64,000 nt of DNA, taken from NCBI GenBank assembly GCA_965246875.1, contig CBDFFU010000006.1, positions 512,235-576,234 of the forward strand. Reading direction: 5' to 3'. Made by a program: the position numbers and the translations under genes. The DNA is from Alphaproteobacteria bacterium. GTDB taxonomy: Bacteria > Pseudomonadota > Alphaproteobacteria > Micavibrionales > SZUA-601. Below are positions 41,295-51,274 of the stretch, piece after piece. The notes beneath the pieces were generated by a model. That model saw only the letters and a list, made by a program, of their open reading frames with translations, had not been told where the DNA came from and did no database searches. Position 1 is the first letter of the stretch. Every line of letters begins with the position of its first letter.

Positions 41295-41774
41295 ATGGTT
41301 CGAGAAGCAAACACAATAATCAAATCAGAATCCGATTATAAAATTCTGCACAGCGAAACCTATAAGCTTGATGCGCAAATGACGCTTGCACAACTGGTCA
41401 TCGCATGGATGCAACAGCAGGATGATGTCCTGGCCACCAAAGCGGTTGATGAAAAATCAGCCGCATTGGTGACTTACACATCACTGGGCGATACTATTAC
41501 GAACGATACGGAAACGCTGTTCTATGATGTGCCACCAGCTACTCACGTCGCGATCCGTTTTGCATTTGATGACAACGGTGAAAAACGGCATGTGATGGTG
41601 CCACAGTCTGCAATCATGGATCTAGCCGGAGAACGCAAAGTCTGGCAAAGCGGGCAAGAGATCGATGCGCTCAATGTGGCAAAACTGATCGAACACAATA
41701 TTCTAGACGTCGTTACACCCAAACAAAAAATCGCGCATCCAGAAACTGGACAGTCTTATGTTTTGGTTGCGTAA
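41295..41774 (+). CDS. Hypothetical protein
   Basis: 159 aa from the ATG at 41295, with AGGAGA 7 nt upstream (the tracked ORF begins at an upstream TTG). No motif recognised. Confidence 0.4.
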   Translation: MVREANTIIKSESDYKILHSETYKLDAQMTLAQLVIAWMQQQDDVLATKAVDEKSAALVTYTSLGDTITNDTETLFYDVPPATHVAIRFAFDDNGEKRHVMVPQSAIMDLAGERKVWQSGQEIDALNVAKLIEHNILDVVTPKQKIAHPETGQSYVLVA

Positions 41775-41801
41775 TTTTAGCCCTGCAATTATAATCTGCA
41801 C

Positions 41802-42461
41802 ATGATGTTAGAACCCAATATTTTGATAGCCGCCCAAGCCATTTGGGATTACCACCATATTGGTCATGTTATAAAACCTTGTGATATTATGCTGGTATTG
41901 GGCAGCTATGATCTTCGTGTTGCTGATCATGCCGCATCATTGTATCAGCAAAATTTGGCACTACAGGTGATCATTTCTGGCGGTATCGCTCATACCGATG
42001 ATTTGTTGACAACAGGCTGGAACAAACCGGAAGCCGATATCTTTGCCGAACGCATGATCGAACATGGTGTGCCAGCCGATAAGATCTTACGCGAAACAGC
42101 AGCAACCAATACCGGACAAAATTACAGTTTGGCCAAACAGGTGTTGGACACGGCAGGTCTCACGTTTGGATCGGCGTTGGTTGTCACAAAACCAGTCATG
42201 GAACGCCGCGCTATTGCGACTGCTGACATCCAATGGCCGGACAAAGATGTTGTCATTACATCCCCGCCAATTACAATGCAGGACTATTTCATTGGTTCAC
42301 TAAAAGATGCGGCTATCGAAATCGCTATCATGGTTGGTGACATGCAACGGTTACAAACCTACCCAGAAAAAGGGTTTATGAGTCAGCAAGTAATTCCAGA
42401 AAATGTACTATCGTCTTATAAATATCTTGTGCAAAATGGGTTTGACGGAAACTTAGTATGA
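41802..42461 (+). CDS. DUF218 (YdcF/ElyC-like) protein
   Basis: IMLVLGSYDLRVADHAASLY....VIISGG........EADIFAERMIEHGVPADKILRETAATNTGQN. Confidence 0.65.
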   Translation: MMLEPNILIAAQAIWDYHHIGHVIKPCDIMLVLGSYDLRVADHAASLYQQNLALQVIISGGIAHTDDLLTTGWNKPEADIFAERMIEHGVPADKILRETAATNTGQNYSLAKQVLDTAGLTFGSALVVTKPVMERRAIATADIQWPDKDVVITSPPITMQDYFIGSLKDAAIEIAIMVGDMQRLQTYPEKGFMSQQVIPENVLSSYKYLVQNGFDGNLV

Positions 42462-42525
42462 TAGATATTATTGACAAAGTAAAATAATTGCGTAAAATAT
42501 GAGTCATGTTAATCAGTAGGCGGCT

Positions 42526-43041
42526 ATGACTTATCCAGATTTACCCCCATTCGATAAAATGCACGATCCGCACTATTATCAATACATGGTCTTCAATCCG
42601 GATTTGAACATGTATTTGGCCTGTAAGGATCAGGATATCGAACGTTATAATTCATGCCCTGAGCAAGATTTAGCAGCAGATATCTCACTGGATTTTCCAT
42701 CGGTTTATCATGTTCAGGCTATTCGGTATGGCCAGACCGGTTGTACGATTTTATCAGTTTTTCGGCGTGATATTGATGACACTGAAATTGCTGAAGGCGC
42801 GTCCTTTATTGATCCGCACAATAATCTGACTGTCCGTCTGACCAAGGATGACATCGAGCTCAAGCAAATGCTGGGTCTGGCGTTTGAAGCAAACGGCGAA
42901 ATCATGCTGGATTGTAATTTTCAAGACCGCTGGGATACGCTGATCAATTATTTGCAAAATAAACAAATCGGCCACCAGGAAAAGTCTGACCCAGACAATC
43001 ATAGTGTGTCTTATGCTTTGCCATCTTTGAAACACGGGTAA
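42526..43041 (+). CDS. Hypothetical protein
   Basis: 171-aa ORF. No motif recognised. Confidence 0.4.
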   Translation: MTYPDLPPFDKMHDPHYYQYMVFNPDLNMYLACKDQDIERYNSCPEQDLAADISLDFPSVYHVQAIRYGQTGCTILSVFRRDIDDTEIAEGASFIDPHNNLTVRLTKDDIELKQMLGLAFEANGEIMLDCNFQDRWDTLINYLQNKQIGHQEKSDPDNHSVSYALPSLKHG

Positions 43042-43059
43042 TTTTGTTATAATCAATCC

Positions 43060-43770
43060 ATGACATTCCACTCCCCCTCCATGGATAACCGCATTCATAT
43101 CCCCATGCCAAACGCTGATGGCCGGGTGTTATTGCACTCCTGTTGCGCGCCGTGCAGCGGTGAGGTAATGGAAGCCATGCTGGCGTCGGGGATGGATCTG
43201 ACGATTTATTTTTACAATCCCAACATTCACCCGCGCAAAGAATATGAATTGCGCAAGGATGAAAACATCGAATTTGCCAAAAAAATGGGCATTCCGTTTG
43301 TCGATGCCGATTACGACACCGAAAACTGGTTTGCCCGCGTCAAAGGCATGGAACATGCGCCGGAACGTGGCGCGCGTTGCACCGAATGTTTCGATATGCG
43401 GTTTGAGCGCACGGCACTCTATGCCCATGAACATGGGTTCGATACCTTTGTCTCATGCCTGGCCATTTCGCGCTGGAAAGACATGGAGCAGATCAATGGC
43501 TGTGGTCATCGGGCTGCGGCGCGTTACCCCGATGTGAAATATTGGGATTATAACTGGCGTAAAGCTGGTGGCGGGGCGCGCATGATTGAAATTTCCAAAC
43601 GCGAGCATTTCTACCAACAGGAATATTGCGGTTGTGTCTATTCGATGCGTGATACGAACAATTGGCGCGTGCAAAACGGCCGCGACAAAATCCAGATCGG
43701 CGTCAAATATTACGGTACCGCAGCCGAAGGCGACCTCACCAACGCAGATCGTATCGGGCCGGCTGTTTAA
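43060..43770 (+). CDS. queH: Epoxyqueuosine reductase QueH (DUF208)
   Basis: [36 protein letters not shown]. Confidence 0.8.
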   Translation: MTFHSPSMDNRIHIPMPNADGRVLLHSCCAPCSGEVMEAMLASGMDLTIYFYNPNIHPRKEYELRKDENIEFAKKMGIPFVDADYDTENWFARVKGMEHAPERGARCTECFDMRFERTALYAHEHGFDTFVSCLAISRWKDMEQINGCGHRAAARYPDVKYWDYNWRKAGGGARMIEISKREHFYQQEYCGCVYSMRDTNNWRVQNGRDKIQIGVKYYGTAAEGDLTNADRIGPAV

Positions 43771-43819
43771 AATCGTCTTTCCTAAGGTTTCCAGATAATC
43801 GCTTATTTACGGTGACAGC

Positions 43820-44059
43820 ATGAAAATCACCGTTTATCACAAAGAAATTGCGTTCATCGCCTGTGTCTTGGTTGTGCCGTTTTTCTTCGCGCCGAACATG
43901 CGCACAACCGAACTCATTGCTGCTGCTGCCGTCTTCTTTACGTTCCTTCACGCGCAAATGAGCAACCGGATGCAGGATCGGATGCTGCGAAAGACCAGCC
44001 CAAGCGTCAAAGGCTCCTGGAAAATCGTCATTTATCAGATTTTAAAAGAAGGCCTGTAG
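43820..44059 (+). CDS. Hypothetical small membrane protein
   Basis: 79-aa ORF with two hydrophobic segments. Weak support. Confidence 0.25.
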   Translation: MKITVYHKEIAFIACVLVVPFFFAPNMRTTELIAAAAVFFTFLHAQMSNRMQDRMLRKTSPSVKGSWKIVIYQILKEGL

Positions 44060-44173
44060 GGTTTATTTTCCAGCATGACCTTAAGCCTGGGCCGCCTTGT
44101 TGGGTGCCATCGTCTTTTTCTGCTATCCCTTCTGGCGGAAACAATACCGCAAACGGCATCCGGTAAAATCAAT

Positions 44174-44803
44174 CTAAAGATATTGCGCCACCGGCTTAAA
44201 ACTCTGCCGATGTGCCTGGCAGGGGCCGTGGTCTGCCAAGGCTTGTAAATGTTTCGGCGTGCCATACCCGGCGTGATGGCTAAATCCATAGGCTGGATAG
44301 GCACTGCACAACTCCTGCATCAACCAATCACGCGTCACCTTGGCCAGAATAGACGCAGCGGCGATGGAATAAGACTGCTGGTCCCCTTTGACGATCGTCA
44401 CAATCTCACACATCAAACCTTTAGGTTTCAGATTGCCGTCAACCAAAGCTACCAGTGCCTCATCAGGATAATCCAGCCCAGCCCGTGCCCGGCACATCGC
44501 CAGAAACGTCGCCTGCAAAATATTGAGGCTATCGATCTCCTCCACACTGGCCTGACCAATGCCAAACACGCATTCGCTTGTAATACGGTCATATAACGCA
44601 CCACGCATCTCGGCTGACAGTAACTTGCTGTCGCGCAAATCATGAACCCAGGGTTGATCGCGAACATGATCAGGGACAATCACCGCTGCCGCAGTCACCG
44701 GCCCCGCCAACGGACCCCGTCCGGCCTCATCGATCCCGCAGACCATGCGTCCGGCAAAGTGCGTTTCATATTCGAAATGGGGTCGTGGAGTCTGCTTGGC
44801 CAT
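44174..44803 (-). CDS. rnhB: Ribonuclease HII
   Basis: VCGIDEAGRGPLAGPV, DSK.L, IAAASILAKV.RD, GYGT..H. Start set at MAKQTPRP. Confidence 0.9.
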   Translation of the reverse strand: MAKQTPRPHFEYETHFAGRMVCGIDEAGRGPLAGPVTAAAVIVPDHVRDQPWVHDLRDSKLLSAEMRGALYDRITSECVFGIGQASVEEIDSLNILQATFLAMCRARAGLDYPDEALVALVDGNLKPKGLMCEIVTIVKGDQQSYSIAAASILAKVTRDWLMQELCSAYPAYGFSHHAGYGTPKHLQALADHGPCQAHRQSFKPVAQYL

Positions 44804-44884
44804 GTTCGTGTTGTGCCAGAAAGGCCTGAATTGAGCAACCGAATCCATAGCTTTCCAGCTTTAAATCCCGTAATCTGCCATCCT

Positions 44885-46780
44885 ATGGCTATCGATAAGA
44901 ATTTCCTCAACGAACTGCGGTTGCGTCTGCCTTTGTCTGCGATCATCGGTCAGCGGATCAAGATCACGCGGGCAGGCCGGGAGTATAAGGCCTGTTGCCC
45001 GTTTCATGAGGAAAAGTCGCCGTCATTTTATGTGAATGATGACAAAGGGTTTTACCATTGCTTCGGCTGTGGCGCGCATGGGGATATTGTCGGTTTTCGC
45101 ATGCGGTATGATAACACGTCATTCCGGGAAGCGGTCGAAGCTTTGGCTCGCGATGCCGGTCTGCCGATCCCCGATTACGCCCCCGTTGACCATGCGAAAT
45201 ACGACCATAACCGCACCTTGCAGAAAGTCATGGAGCTGGCAACGCTCTGGTTCGAAAGCCAGCTGCGCCTGCCGGCCAACAAGTTTGCGCTGGATTATCT
45301 CACCAATCGTGGCCTGACATCCGAGACCATGGCGGGCTTCCGCATCGGCTTCGCGCCGAACAATTGGGATGCGATGCGTGAGGCTATGGTCAAGCAGGAT
45401 ATCCCGCTTGATCAACTGGTTGAAACGGGTCTGTTAAAGTCATCAGACAAGAATGATCGCCCGCCCTATAGCTTTTTCCGCGGTCGCATCATGTTCCCGG
45501 TCGCTGACCGCCAAGGCATGACCATTGCGTTTGGTGGCCGCCATTTAGACGCGGCTTTCAATCCTTCAGATTTTACCTCAGGATCTGATTTTAAACCTGC
45601 GAAATATATCAACTCTGTTGAATATTCTTTATTCAACAAAGGCAGCCAGCTCTACAGCTTGTCGCGCGCGCGCGGCAGTTTGAAAAACCAGCCTTTGCTG
45701 ATCGTCGAAGGGTTTATGGATGTGATTGCCTTGCATCAGGCCGGTTTCAAAACCGCCGTGGCACCGCTTGGCACCGCTCTGACCGAGCAGCAAATTCAGC
45801 TGGCTTGGCAGGTTTCAGGTGCTGATGCCAACGGGTCATCAAGACCGCCAACGCTCTGTTTCGATGGAGACAGTGCTGGCCTCAATGCTGCTTATCGTGC
45901 GTTGGATCGCATGTTGCCCTTCCTGACCGCTGACCGTCAGGCGCAGTTTGCCTTCCTGCCGCAAGGGGAAGATCCCGACAGTCTGGTCAAAGCCAACGGG
46001 GCCAAAGCGTTCCAAACCATCCTCGACCAGGCCAAAACCGTATTTGATGTGCTGTGGCAGCGCGCCATCAACGCCCACGGCACGTCCACCCCCGAAGCGC
46101 AGGCCAAAATTCAGACAGACATCAATGAAAGCATTGGCTTAATGACCGATAAAGCCTTGCAAGGCGCTTATGGCAGTGAAATGTGGAACCGCCTCAAACA
46201 ATTGCGCAAGCCGGCCTTTGTCCCTTTCGCCAAGGGCTACAGCCGCACGGCTCCGGTGCATCACCCGGTTGCCATGACGTCACCCAAACAGGTTGGCAAG
46301 GATAATCTGCAAACACAAATTTTGTTCGCCACCATCATCAATCATCCGTTCCTGTTGACCGATCACCGGGGTGATTTTGCCCAGGTGCCGATGCCCGATG
46401 GCGACCATGAAAACACCTTCCACGATCTGCAACATGCGATCCTGGAGTGGGAGCCAAACACTGCATCCGCCACACCCAACCAAAATGACACAGACCCGCG
46501 GGAAAATCTGCTGGAATACTTGTCAAACCAAGGGTTTGACCCTATTGTTAACCACCTGTTGACCGAACGCATTTATAAACATGCGAGGTTCGCCAGATTA
46601 ACGGCAGAGCCGACCGATGTGCTGGAGGGCTGGCACAATGTGTGGAACGCCATACAAAAAGATCGGGTGCAACTCGACGTAACGGAAATGAAACGACTGG
46701 CCAAAGATTCCCTGACCCATGCCGAACGCTTGTGGGAATTGAAACGCCAGGAACTGCAAGGTGAAGACGACCCGTATTAA
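44885..46780 (+). CDS. dnaG: DNA primase
   Basis: Start set at MAIDKNFL. Zn ribbon CCPFHEEKSPSFYVNDDKGFYHCFGCGAHGD. Toprim EGFMDVIAL...FDGDSAG. Confidence 0.93.
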   Translation: MAIDKNFLNELRLRLPLSAIIGQRIKITRAGREYKACCPFHEEKSPSFYVNDDKGFYHCFGCGAHGDIVGFRMRYDNTSFREAVEALARDAGLPIPDYAPVDHAKYDHNRTLQKVMELATLWFESQLRLPANKFALDYLTNRGLTSETMAGFRIGFAPNNWDAMREAMVKQDIPLDQLVETGLLKSSDKNDRPPYSFFRGRIMFPVADRQGMTIAFGGRHLDAAFNPSDFTSGSDFKPAKYINSVEYSLFNKGSQLYSLSRARGSLKNQPLLIVEGFMDVIALHQAGFKTAVAPLGTALTEQQIQLAWQVSGADANGSSRPPTLCFDGDSAGLNAAYRALDRMLPFLTADRQAQFAFLPQGEDPDSLVKANGAKAFQTILDQAKTVFDVLWQRAINAHGTSTPEAQAKIQTDINESIGLMTDKALQGAYGSEMWNRLKQLRKPAFVPFAKGYSRTAPVHHPVAMTSPKQVGKDNLQTQILFATIINHPFLLTDHRGDFAQVPMPDGDHENTFHDLQHAILEWEPNTASATPNQNDTDPRENLLEYLSNQGFDPIVNHLLTERIYKHARFARLTAEPTDVLEGWHNVWNAIQKDRVQLDVTEMKRLAKDSLTHAERLWELKRQELQGEDDPY

Positions 46781-46844
46781 CCGCTTTGTACCCCCCTTTA
46801 AAAATTTTGCTTTGCCAAAATGACTGTGAAAGATAGACCCCACG

Positions 46845-48806
46845 ATGGTTGCTAAAAAAGATTTAAACGACACCATGATCGACGAGTCCAACGATGACGC
46901 CGGCGCGCCAATGGCCGAAAAAATCACGAAGGCCGTCAAGCGCATGATCGAACGTGGTAAGACCCGCGGTTACATCACCTACAACGCGTTGAACAAAACG
47001 CTGCCGGACGATCAATATACCTCCGAACAGATCGAAGACATCATGTCGATGCTCTCCGATATGGGCATCAACGTGATTGACAGCGAAGAGGAAGAAGAAG
47101 ACGAAGCGGCAGACAGCGCCGCAGATAGCGACGAAGACGGTGGCAAGCCACGTGGCAATGTCGAAGACAGCTCAAGCCGCACCGACGACCCGGTCCGCAT
47201 GTATTTGCGCGAAATGGGAACGGTCGATCTGCTCTCCCGCGAAGGTGAAATTGCGTTAGCCAAACGGATTGAAGCCGGCCGCGAAACCATGATCAACGGC
47301 ATCTGCGAAAGCCCGATGGCTATTCGCGCGATTATCGGCTGGCACGATGCGCTTGAAGAAGGCCGCATCTTGTTGCGCGACGTTATCGACCTCGAAGCGA
47401 CCTACAGCGCCGACCATGGCGGTGGCCCGGTCACCCCACCGGTTGTGGCTCCTGCGCGTGATCGCGATCTGGAACTGGCAGCCAGCGGTGAAGAAGGCGA
47501 AGGCGAGGGCATCGAAGAAGAAGCCGACGAAATGGCGTTGTCATTCTCCGCCATGGAAGCTGAAATTCGCCCGCAGGTTCTCGAAAGCTTTACGGCCATT
47601 CACAAGATTTACAAGGAACTGTCAAAGGTTCAACAGCAACGCGTACAGACCATTTCGGAAGGCAAAAAACCGACCCCGAATGTCGAGAAGAAATTTTTCG
47701 ATCTGAAAACACGCCTCGTTGAGTTGATGCAGAAAACCTATCTCAACCCGCACCGGTTCCAGGAATTGATCGGCCAGCATTACACGCTCAACCGCCGCCT
47801 GGTGACGCTGGAAGGCAAGATGTTGCGTCTGGCGATTGATAATGGCGTGAAGCGTGACGAATTTCTGGACGTGTATTACAAAAACGATCACGACAAAAAC
47901 TGGATCGATCATCTGGCTGTAGCCAACCCGAAACACAAAGGCTGGGTTGCCTTTGCCACCAAGAAATCGGATGTCGAAAAAGTGCAGGGCGAGATCAACG
48001 AGATTATTGATGAATCCGGCCTGCCCATTCCGGAATTCCGCCGGATTGTTACGATGATTCAAAAAGGCGAAAAAGAAATGAATCGCGGCAAGAAAGAAAT
48101 GATCGAGGCTAACTTGCGTCTCGTGATTTCGCTGGCCAAGAAATACACCAACCGCGGTTTGCAATTCCTGGATTTGATCCAGGAAGGCAATATCGGTTTG
48201 ATGAAGGCGGTGGATAAATTCGAATACCGCCGCGGTTATAAATTCTCGACCTATGCCACCTGGTGGATTCGTCAGGCCATCACGCGTTCGATCGCGGATC
48301 AGGCGCGCACCATTCGGATTCCGGTGCACATGATCGAAACGATCCACAAGATCGTGCGGACTTCGCGCCAGATGCTCAATGACATCGGCCGCGAACCGAC
48401 ACCGGAAGAGCTGGCCGCACGTTTGCACATGCCACTGGAAAAAGTCCGCAAGGTCATGAAAATCGCCAAGGAGCCGGTCTCGCTGGAAACACCTGTCGGT
48501 GACGAGGAAGACTCCCAGCTGGGCGATTTCATCGAAGACAAAAACGCCGTCCAACCGCTGGAAGCTGCCATCATCGGCAACCTCCGCGAAACTGTGACGC
48601 GTGTGCTGTCAAGTTTGACGCCACGCGAAGAACGTGTCCTGCGCATGCGCTTCGGCATCGGTATGAACACCGACCACACGCTGGAAGAGGTGGGCCAACA
48701 ATTCACCGTGACGCGTGAACGGATTCGTCAGATCGAAGCGAAAGCCTTGCGGAAGCTGAAGCATCCGTCGAGGTCGAAGAAGTTGCGGAGTTTCTTGGAT
48801 ACTTAA
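46845..48806 (+). CDS. rpoD: RNA polymerase sigma factor RpoD
   Basis: [11 protein letters not shown], acidic spacer, [90 protein letters not shown]. Confidence 0.95.
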   Translation: MVAKKDLNDTMIDESNDDAGAPMAEKITKAVKRMIERGKTRGYITYNALNKTLPDDQYTSEQIEDIMSMLSDMGINVIDSEEEEEDEAADSAADSDEDGGKPRGNVEDSSSRTDDPVRMYLREMGTVDLLSREGEIALAKRIEAGRETMINGICESPMAIRAIIGWHDALEEGRILLRDVIDLEATYSADHGGGPVTPPVVAPARDRDLELAASGEEGEGEGIEEEADEMALSFSAMEAEIRPQVLESFTAIHKIYKELSKVQQQRVQTISEGKKPTPNVEKKFFDLKTRLVELMQKTYLNPHRFQELIGQHYTLNRRLVTLEGKMLRLAIDNGVKRDEFLDVYYKNDHDKNWIDHLAVANPKHKGWVAFATKKSDVEKVQGEINEIIDESGLPIPEFRRIVTMIQKGEKEMNRGKKEMIEANLRLVISLAKKYTNRGLQFLDLIQEGNIGLMKAVDKFEYRRGYKFSTYATWWIRQAITRSIADQARTIRIPVHMIETIHKIVRTSRQMLNDIGREPTPEELAARLHMPLEKVRKVMKIAKEPVSLETPVGDEEDSQLGDFIEDKNAVQPLEAAIIGNLRETVTRVLSSLTPREERVLRMRFGIGMNTDHTLEEVGQQFTVTRERIRQIEAKALRKLKHPSRSKKLRSFLDT

Positions 48807-48823
48807 AGTTGAAGAAACCTGAG

Positions 48824-49435
48824 CTAAGGCGCAACTCCGACTAAAACTAAGGGTACCGCAGGAATCCCGCGGCCCTGTCTAATAAGGTTATACAATTCTC
48901 CCTCGTAATAACCAGGACCAGAAGACATATGTGCTTGTAGTTCTTTCATGGGAAGAATTTCGATCCCTAAATCAATTACATCTCCGACATAAAATGCCAT
49001 ATGTTTTACAAATAAATCAAAAGCTACAAATGCGTATTTACCAAATTGAACTTCTACAGCTACCCTATCTTTAACAAAATCCGTCTGGTTATAAGAAAAA
49101 ATGGGAGTTTCTCCAGAATCTTCAATTTCTTTCTTTTGCTCAGAAGTTTCTAAATTCATAGTCTTTCTAATTAGTTTTGCGTCTTTCGTAACCCAGTAAG
49201 ATGTGCGCGATTCTTTCCAATCTCTGCCATCAAAAGCATCTTTCATGGCTTTGTTAATTTCTATGGGTGAGTAAAGTTCTTTACCCATCATAGTTTTTTC
49301 TTTTGATATTTTGGTTTTATATTTCTGTGCATCAATACATGCAACCACATCTTTGATTTCTTGCCAAAGATGTGGTTTGTGAACGAGCAAATACTCAAGG
49401 CCATTCAAATGTGAATATGTTTCTACAATTCTCAT
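48824..49435 (-). CDS. Type II restriction endonuclease, BglII/BamHI-fold (BglII-like)
   Basis: QTDFVKDRVAVEVQFGKY aligns residue for residue with my recollection of the BglII active-site block DIDFGKRDTLVEVQFSNY (D-x8-E-x-Q). HLWQEIKD compares with QLWKEIEE, and IPAVPLVLVGV with VPIRLVGL. AT-rich. Confidence 0.78.
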   Translation of the reverse strand: MRIVETYSHLNGLEYLLVHKPHLWQEIKDVVACIDAQKYKTKISKEKTMMGKELYSPIEINKAMKDAFDGRDWKESRTSYWVTKDAKLIRKTMNLETSEQKKEIEDSGETPIFSYNQTDFVKDRVAVEVQFGKYAFVAFDLFVKHMAFYVGDVIDLGIEILPMKELQAHMSSGPGYYEGELYNLIRQGRGIPAVPLVLVGVAP

Positions 49436-50422
49436 TTATTGCCCGCCATTTGGTAAACTGGGATCGTAAATAGGAGTATGAATCTCTCTTGTTTTAAGAA
49501 GACCTTTTTCTAAAGCTTCAACTCTCTCAACAGCAATTTGAAAATACTCTTTTGAAATATCGCACCCCATACCTACTCTATCATTCTTAACGGCAGCGAT
49601 TATCGAAGAGCCAACACCCATATAAGGGTCAAAAACTTTCTGACCTTTTTGAGTCATAGATAAAATAAGTCTCTCCACCAATTCAACAGGGAACTGACAG
49701 GGATGAATCGTTTTTTCAACATGATTGCTTTTTACATTTGGAATATTCCAAACATCACCTGGATTTTTTCCTAGTGGATTACTTGATAGTTGACCTTTTT
49801 TAGGTCCTTTGTAGTATTTTTTCCCAGGGTATTTTGTTGGAACTCTAATTAAATCAACATCAAATGTATAACTGTTTTCTTTGGTAAACCAAAGTATAGT
49901 TTCATGCCTACCGGAAAGACGTTTCGTACAGTGTAATCCATGTCCAAATTGCCAAACGATTCTGTTTCGTAACTTTAATCCTGCTTCTTTAAAAATAGGA
50001 TATAGAATAATATCTAATGGATAAATTTCTCCGTTATCAATATGGTTTCCAACTTGCCAACAAATGGATCCATTAGGAGCTAAAAGCTCAACACATTTTT
50101 TTATAACTTTTTTTTGATCCTCTATGTATGCATCGAGTGACTTTTTAGCTTCATAAGATTTTCCAATGTTATAGGGAGGAGAAGTAACAATTAAATCTAT
50201 ACTTTCCTTTGCAAGACTATTCATAAATTGTAGGTTATCTTGACACGCTAACATATGACTATGTTTCTGTTCGATTAACTTAACAGAGTTTTTAATAGAG
50301 GGTTTTTTTATATTTTTAGTGGCTTGGCTAAAGCTATAAGGGCTTTGAGTGCTAGTTATATTTATAATAGATTTTGTTGTATTAATTTTGTCGGAATATT
50401 TTTTGATTGCTTGAGCTTTCAT
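49436..50422 (-). CDS. Beta-class DNA methyltransferase (N4-cytosine/N6-adenine, SPPY type)
   Basis: Motif IV DLIVTSPPYNIG lies upstream of motif I VFDPYMGVGSS. This is the PF01555-type order. The stop abuts the R-gene start (TAAATG). Confidence 0.88.
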   Translation of the reverse strand: MKAQAIKKYSDKINTTKSIINITSTQSPYSFSQATKNIKKPSIKNSVKLIEQKHSHMLACQDNLQFMNSLAKESIDLIVTSPPYNIGKSYEAKKSLDAYIEDQKKVIKKCVELLAPNGSICWQVGNHIDNGEIYPLDIILYPIFKEAGLKLRNRIVWQFGHGLHCTKRLSGRHETILWFTKENSYTFDVDLIRVPTKYPGKKYYKGPKKGQLSSNPLGKNPGDVWNIPNVKSNHVEKTIHPCQFPVELVERLILSMTQKGQKVFDPYMGVGSSIIAAVKNDRVGMGCDISKEYFQIAVERVEALEKGLLKTREIHTPIYDPSLPNGGQ

Positions 50423-50601
50423 AACTTACATCTCCGGCTAATGTTAGTCTTGATTATATGGATGTTATATTCAAACGCAATCAAATTACTCGCTTCCCAA
50501 AATATATCTGTATAATTATTATCTTGAAATATAAAACAATCTAAGATTATTTGTTTGATTAATAAATTAGATTAACGCGGGCCTGTCACACCCGCGCCAA
50601 C

Positions 50602-51021
50602 TTACTTCCTCCCACCCTTCGCCACACGCCCACCACTAAACCCAATCGCACAACCTTTCTTCCGCGAGGCCGCTTCCAGCGCATCGAACTCGCCTTTCAA
50701 TCGCGCGTATTCGGCGGCTTGTGGGGTGTTGCCGTCGAGGAAGAAGAGAGTGGGCCAGAGCAAGATCAGGCCGACGCCCATTTGCACGCTGTCGGTGCTG
50801 GCCTGGTCGTCGACGACGGCGCCGACTTCGGAGGCTTTGCGCGACACGGCGGCCATCTCCTCCTCGATCTGTTTGCACGTATAAGAATTATACTCCATCG
50901 GCGACACATATTGTGGGGAGATGTCTTCGGTGTGATGCGCGCACGCGGCAACGGACATGCCGAGCAACAGGACAGACACAAATCGAACGGGGGCTTGTTT
51001 AAAAGAGAGTGATTGTTTCAC
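50602..51021 (-). CDS. Lipoprotein, function unknown
   Basis: GTG start with AGGAG 9 nt upstream. Lipobox LLGMSVAAC. GC-rich relative to the adjoining RM genes. Confidence 0.6.
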   Translation of the reverse strand: MKQSLSFKQAPVRFVSVLLLGMSVAACAHHTEDISPQYVSPMEYNSYTCKQIEEEMAAVSRKASEVGAVVDDQASTDSVQMGVGLILLWPTLFFLDGNTPQAAEYARLKGEFDALEAASRKKGCAIGFSGGRVAKGGRK

Positions 51022-51044
51022 TGGTTATAACTCCTGACTTTGGT

Positions 51045-51188
51045 GTCGGGGAGTTAGAAAACCTACTACATGAGAGGCCGCATTAGCCTTTACCCGTTGC
51101 CGGGTTGGACATACGCCAATGCCTCCCCGACGCAAAGATCGAGGAGCATGAGTAACGGTCATACTTATGCCGCATGTAGTAGAGGTTT
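51045..51188 (-). promoter_or_regulatory. Structured 5' leader or candidate cis-regulatory RNA upstream of the lipoprotein gene
   Basis: Hand-folded helices, plus-strand coordinates. H2 is 51045-53/51123-31 (9 bp). H3 is 51080-87/51115-22 (8 bp, needs a G-U pair that exists only on the minus strand). A hairpin at 51092-51105 has a GCAA loop on the minus strand. H1 is 51059-72/51173-88 (14 bp plus a 2-nt bulge) and interleaves with H2. Confidence 0.4.
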
Positions 51189-51274
51189 CTAAGGCCCCAA
51201 AGCCAAACAGATTGGCTTCACAATTACGCTAACCGCGAATCAACAGGGATGCAAGGAATTAAGGAGATGCGCGT

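Noticed and set aside
47622-48554. 310-aa minus-strand ORF inside rpoD. Similar long antisense or off-frame ORFs occur inside lon (25804-26472), pgk (20789-21727), nuoG (36801-37436), gyrB (10859-11434) and cydA (2840-3310).
   Set aside because: All lie wholly within strongly supported conserved genes and have no recognisable motifs. They are typical stop-poor antisense frames.
50636-51012. Four overlapping ORFs in other frames across the lipoprotein gene
   Set aside because: They are a by-product of locally high GC (few stop codons). Only the 50602-51021 frame has an RBS, a signal peptide and a lipobox.
51123-51140. Plus-strand GACGCAAAG resembling part of the c-di-GMP-I (GEMM-I) riboswitch core
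   Set aside because: The partner GGCAAA/GCACA elements and the tetraloop-receptor architecture are absent. No plus-strand gene lies downstream. The structural evidence favours the minus strand.
51148-51192. 14-codon plus-strand ORF (MSNGHTYAACSRGF) preceded by GAGGAG inside the structured intergenic region
   Set aside because: The SD-like hexamer is only 1 nt from the ATG, which is too close. The peptide is not hydrophobic or toxin-like. On the other strand the GAGGAG reads as a plausible anti-SD of the minus-strand leader.
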